DNA of 64,000 bases from positions 5,995 to 69,994 of the forward strand of contig NIVC01003322.1 of assembly GCA_002269645.1 (NCBI GenBank), given 5' to 3'. Source of the stretch: Macrostomum lignano. Taxonomy: Eukaryota. Below the pieces are notes generated by a model that saw only the letters and a list, made by a program, of their open reading frames with translations, was not told where the DNA came from and ran no database searches. Below are positions 62,020 through 64,000 of the stretch, piece after piece; within the stretch, counting starts at the first letter, position 1, and each line of letters starts with the position of its first letter. A program made the position numbers and the translations under genes.

Positions 62020-63995
62020 ACCCGGTGTCTAGGGTGTAAAATCCGGTGTCTAGGGTGTAAAACCCTGTGTCTAGGGTGTAAAATCCGGTGTCTAGGGTGT
62101 AAAATCCGGTGTCTAGGGTGTAAAACCCGGTGTCCAGGGTGTAAAACCCGGTGTCTAGGGTGTAAAACCCGGTGTCTAGGGTGTAAAACCCGGTGTCTAG
62201 AGTGTAAAACCCGGTGTCTAGAGTGTAAAACCCGATGTTTAGGAAGTAAAACCCGGTGTCTAGGGTGTAAAACCCGGTGTCTCGAGAGTGTAAAACCCGG
62301 TGTCTAGGGTGTAAAACTCGGTGTCTAGGGTGTAAAACCCGGTGTCTCGAGAGTGTAAAACCCGGTGTCTAGGGTGTAAAACTCGGTGTCTAGGGTGTAA
62401 AACCCGGTGTCTCGGGTGTAAAACCCGGTGTCTAGAGTGTAAAACCCGGTGTCTAGAGTGTAAAACCCGATGTTTAGGAAGTAAAACCCGGTGTCTAGAG
62501 TGTAAAACCCGGTGTCCAGGGTGTAAAACCCGGTGTCTAGGGTGTAAAACCCGGTGTCTAGAGTGTAAAACCCGGTGTCTAGGGTGTAAAACCGGTGTCT
62601 AGGGTGTAAAACCCGGTGTCTAGGGTGTAAAACCCGGTGTTTAGAGTGTAAAGCCCGGTGTCTAGGGTGTAAAATCCGGTGTCTAGGGTGTAAAACCCGG
62701 TGTCTAGAGTGTAAAACCCGGTGTCTAGGGTGTAAAACCGGTGTCTAGGGTGTAAAACCCGGTGTCTAGGGTGTAAAACCCGGTGTTTAGAGTGTAAAGC
62801 CCGGTGTCTAGGGTGTAAAATCCGGTGTCTAGGGTGTAAAACCCGGTGTTTAGGATGTAAAACCCGGTGTCTAGGGTGTAAAACCCTGTGTTTAGGGTGT
62901 AAAACCCGGTGTCCAGGGTGTAAAACCCGGTGTCTAGGGTGTAAAACCCGGTGTCTAGAGTGTAAAATCCGGTGTCTAGGGTGTAAAACCCGGTGTCCAG
63001 GGTGTAAAACCCGGTGTCTAGGGTGTAAAACCCGGTGTCTAGAGTGTAAAACCCGGTGTCTAGAGTGTAAAACCCGATGTTTAGGAAGTAAAACCCGGTG
63101 TCTAGGGTGTAAAACCCGGTGTCTCGAGAGTGTAAAACCCGATGTTTAGGAAGTAAAACCCGGTGTCTAGGGTGTAAAACACGGTGTCTAGAGTGTAAAA
63201 TCCGGTGTCTAGGGTGTAAAACTCGGTGTCTAGGGTGTAAAACCCGGTGTCTCGGGTGTAAAACCCGGTGTCTAGAGTGTAAAACCCGGTGTCTAGAGTG
63301 TAAAACCCGATGTTTAGGAAGTAAAACCCGGTGTCTAGGGTGTAAAACCCGGTGTCTAGAGTGTAAAACCCGGAGTCTAGAGTGTAAAACCCGGTGTCTA
63401 GAGTGTAAAACCCGGTGTCTAGAGTGTAAAACTCGGTGTCTAGAGTGTAAAACCCGGTGTCTAGAGTGTAAAACCCGGTGTTTAGAGTGTAAAACCCGGT
63501 GTCTAGAGTGTAAAACCCGGTGTCTAGGTGTAAAACCCGGTGTTTAGAGTGTAAAGCCCGGTGTTTAGGGTGTAAAATCCGGTGTCTAGGGTGTAAAACC
63601 CGGTGTCTAGGGTGTAAAACCCGGTGTCTAGGGTGTAAAACCCTGTGTCTAGGGTGTAAAATCCGGTGTTTAGGGTGTAAAACCCGGTGTCTAGGGTGTA
63701 AAACCGGTGTCTAGGGTGTAAAATCCGGTGTCTAGGGTGTAAAACCCGGTGTCTAGGGTGTAAAATCCGGTGTTTAGGGTGTAAAACCGGTGTCTAGGGT
63801 GTAAAACCCGGTGTTTAGGGTGTAAAATCCGTGTCTAGGGTGTAAAACCCGGTGTTTAGGGTGTAAAACCCGGTGTCTAGGGTGTAAAACCGGTGTCTAG
63901 GGTGTAAAACCGGTGTCGTAGGGTGTAAAACCGATGTTTTAGGAAGTAAAACCGCGATGTCTAGGGTGTAAAATCCGGTGTCTAGGGTGTAAAAG
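62020..63995. repeat. 21-bp tandem repeat (probably CZIB intron 1), runs to the window end
   Basis: Unit gggtgtaaaacccggtgtcta. Confidence 0.95.
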
Positions 63996-64000
63996 AATAA

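Noticed and set aside
39283-63995. CRISPR-like appearance of 21-28 bp repeats
   Set aside because: Units are directly tandem with no unique spacers, there are no cas genes, and the context is eukaryotic.
29736-64000. Repetitive ORFs (MPSHA.., GIWEWG.., SVQFGS.., RNIGKNV.., CKTRCLG..)
   Set aside because: Translations of minisatellites lying in introns or intergenic DNA, open on both strands or in multiple frames.

Overview
Repeat-rich animal (eukaryotic) genomic DNA with spliceosomal introns and TTAGGG repeats. The minisatellite-filled introns resemble the flatworm Macrostomum, but that species guess is inference only. The left 26.7 kb is one minus-strand head-to-tail Helitron concatemer. 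It holds one autonomous-type copy (4604-12307) whose RepHel gene has 9 exons, one GC-AG intron and one frameshift. About eight modular non-autonomous units flank it; each complete one carries a short (TTAGGG)n tract, and they are joined at 3'-hairpin/5'-TC junctions. The middle (29.7-34.3 kb) is a 20-bp satellite, a LINE RT fragment and a decayed NOF-like Mutator transposase. The right half carries host genes: a 7-exon RING-coiled-coil-NHL (TRIM-like) gene with a different tandem repeat in each intron, a secreted PAN-like + fucolectin protein, a small single-pass membrane ORF, a SPATA2/tamozhennic-like PUB protein, and a disrupted CZIB (C1orf123) homolog. It also has a SINE, a hAT MITE and large 21-28 bp minisatellites. 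All family assignments come from motif recognition by eye, not database searches.
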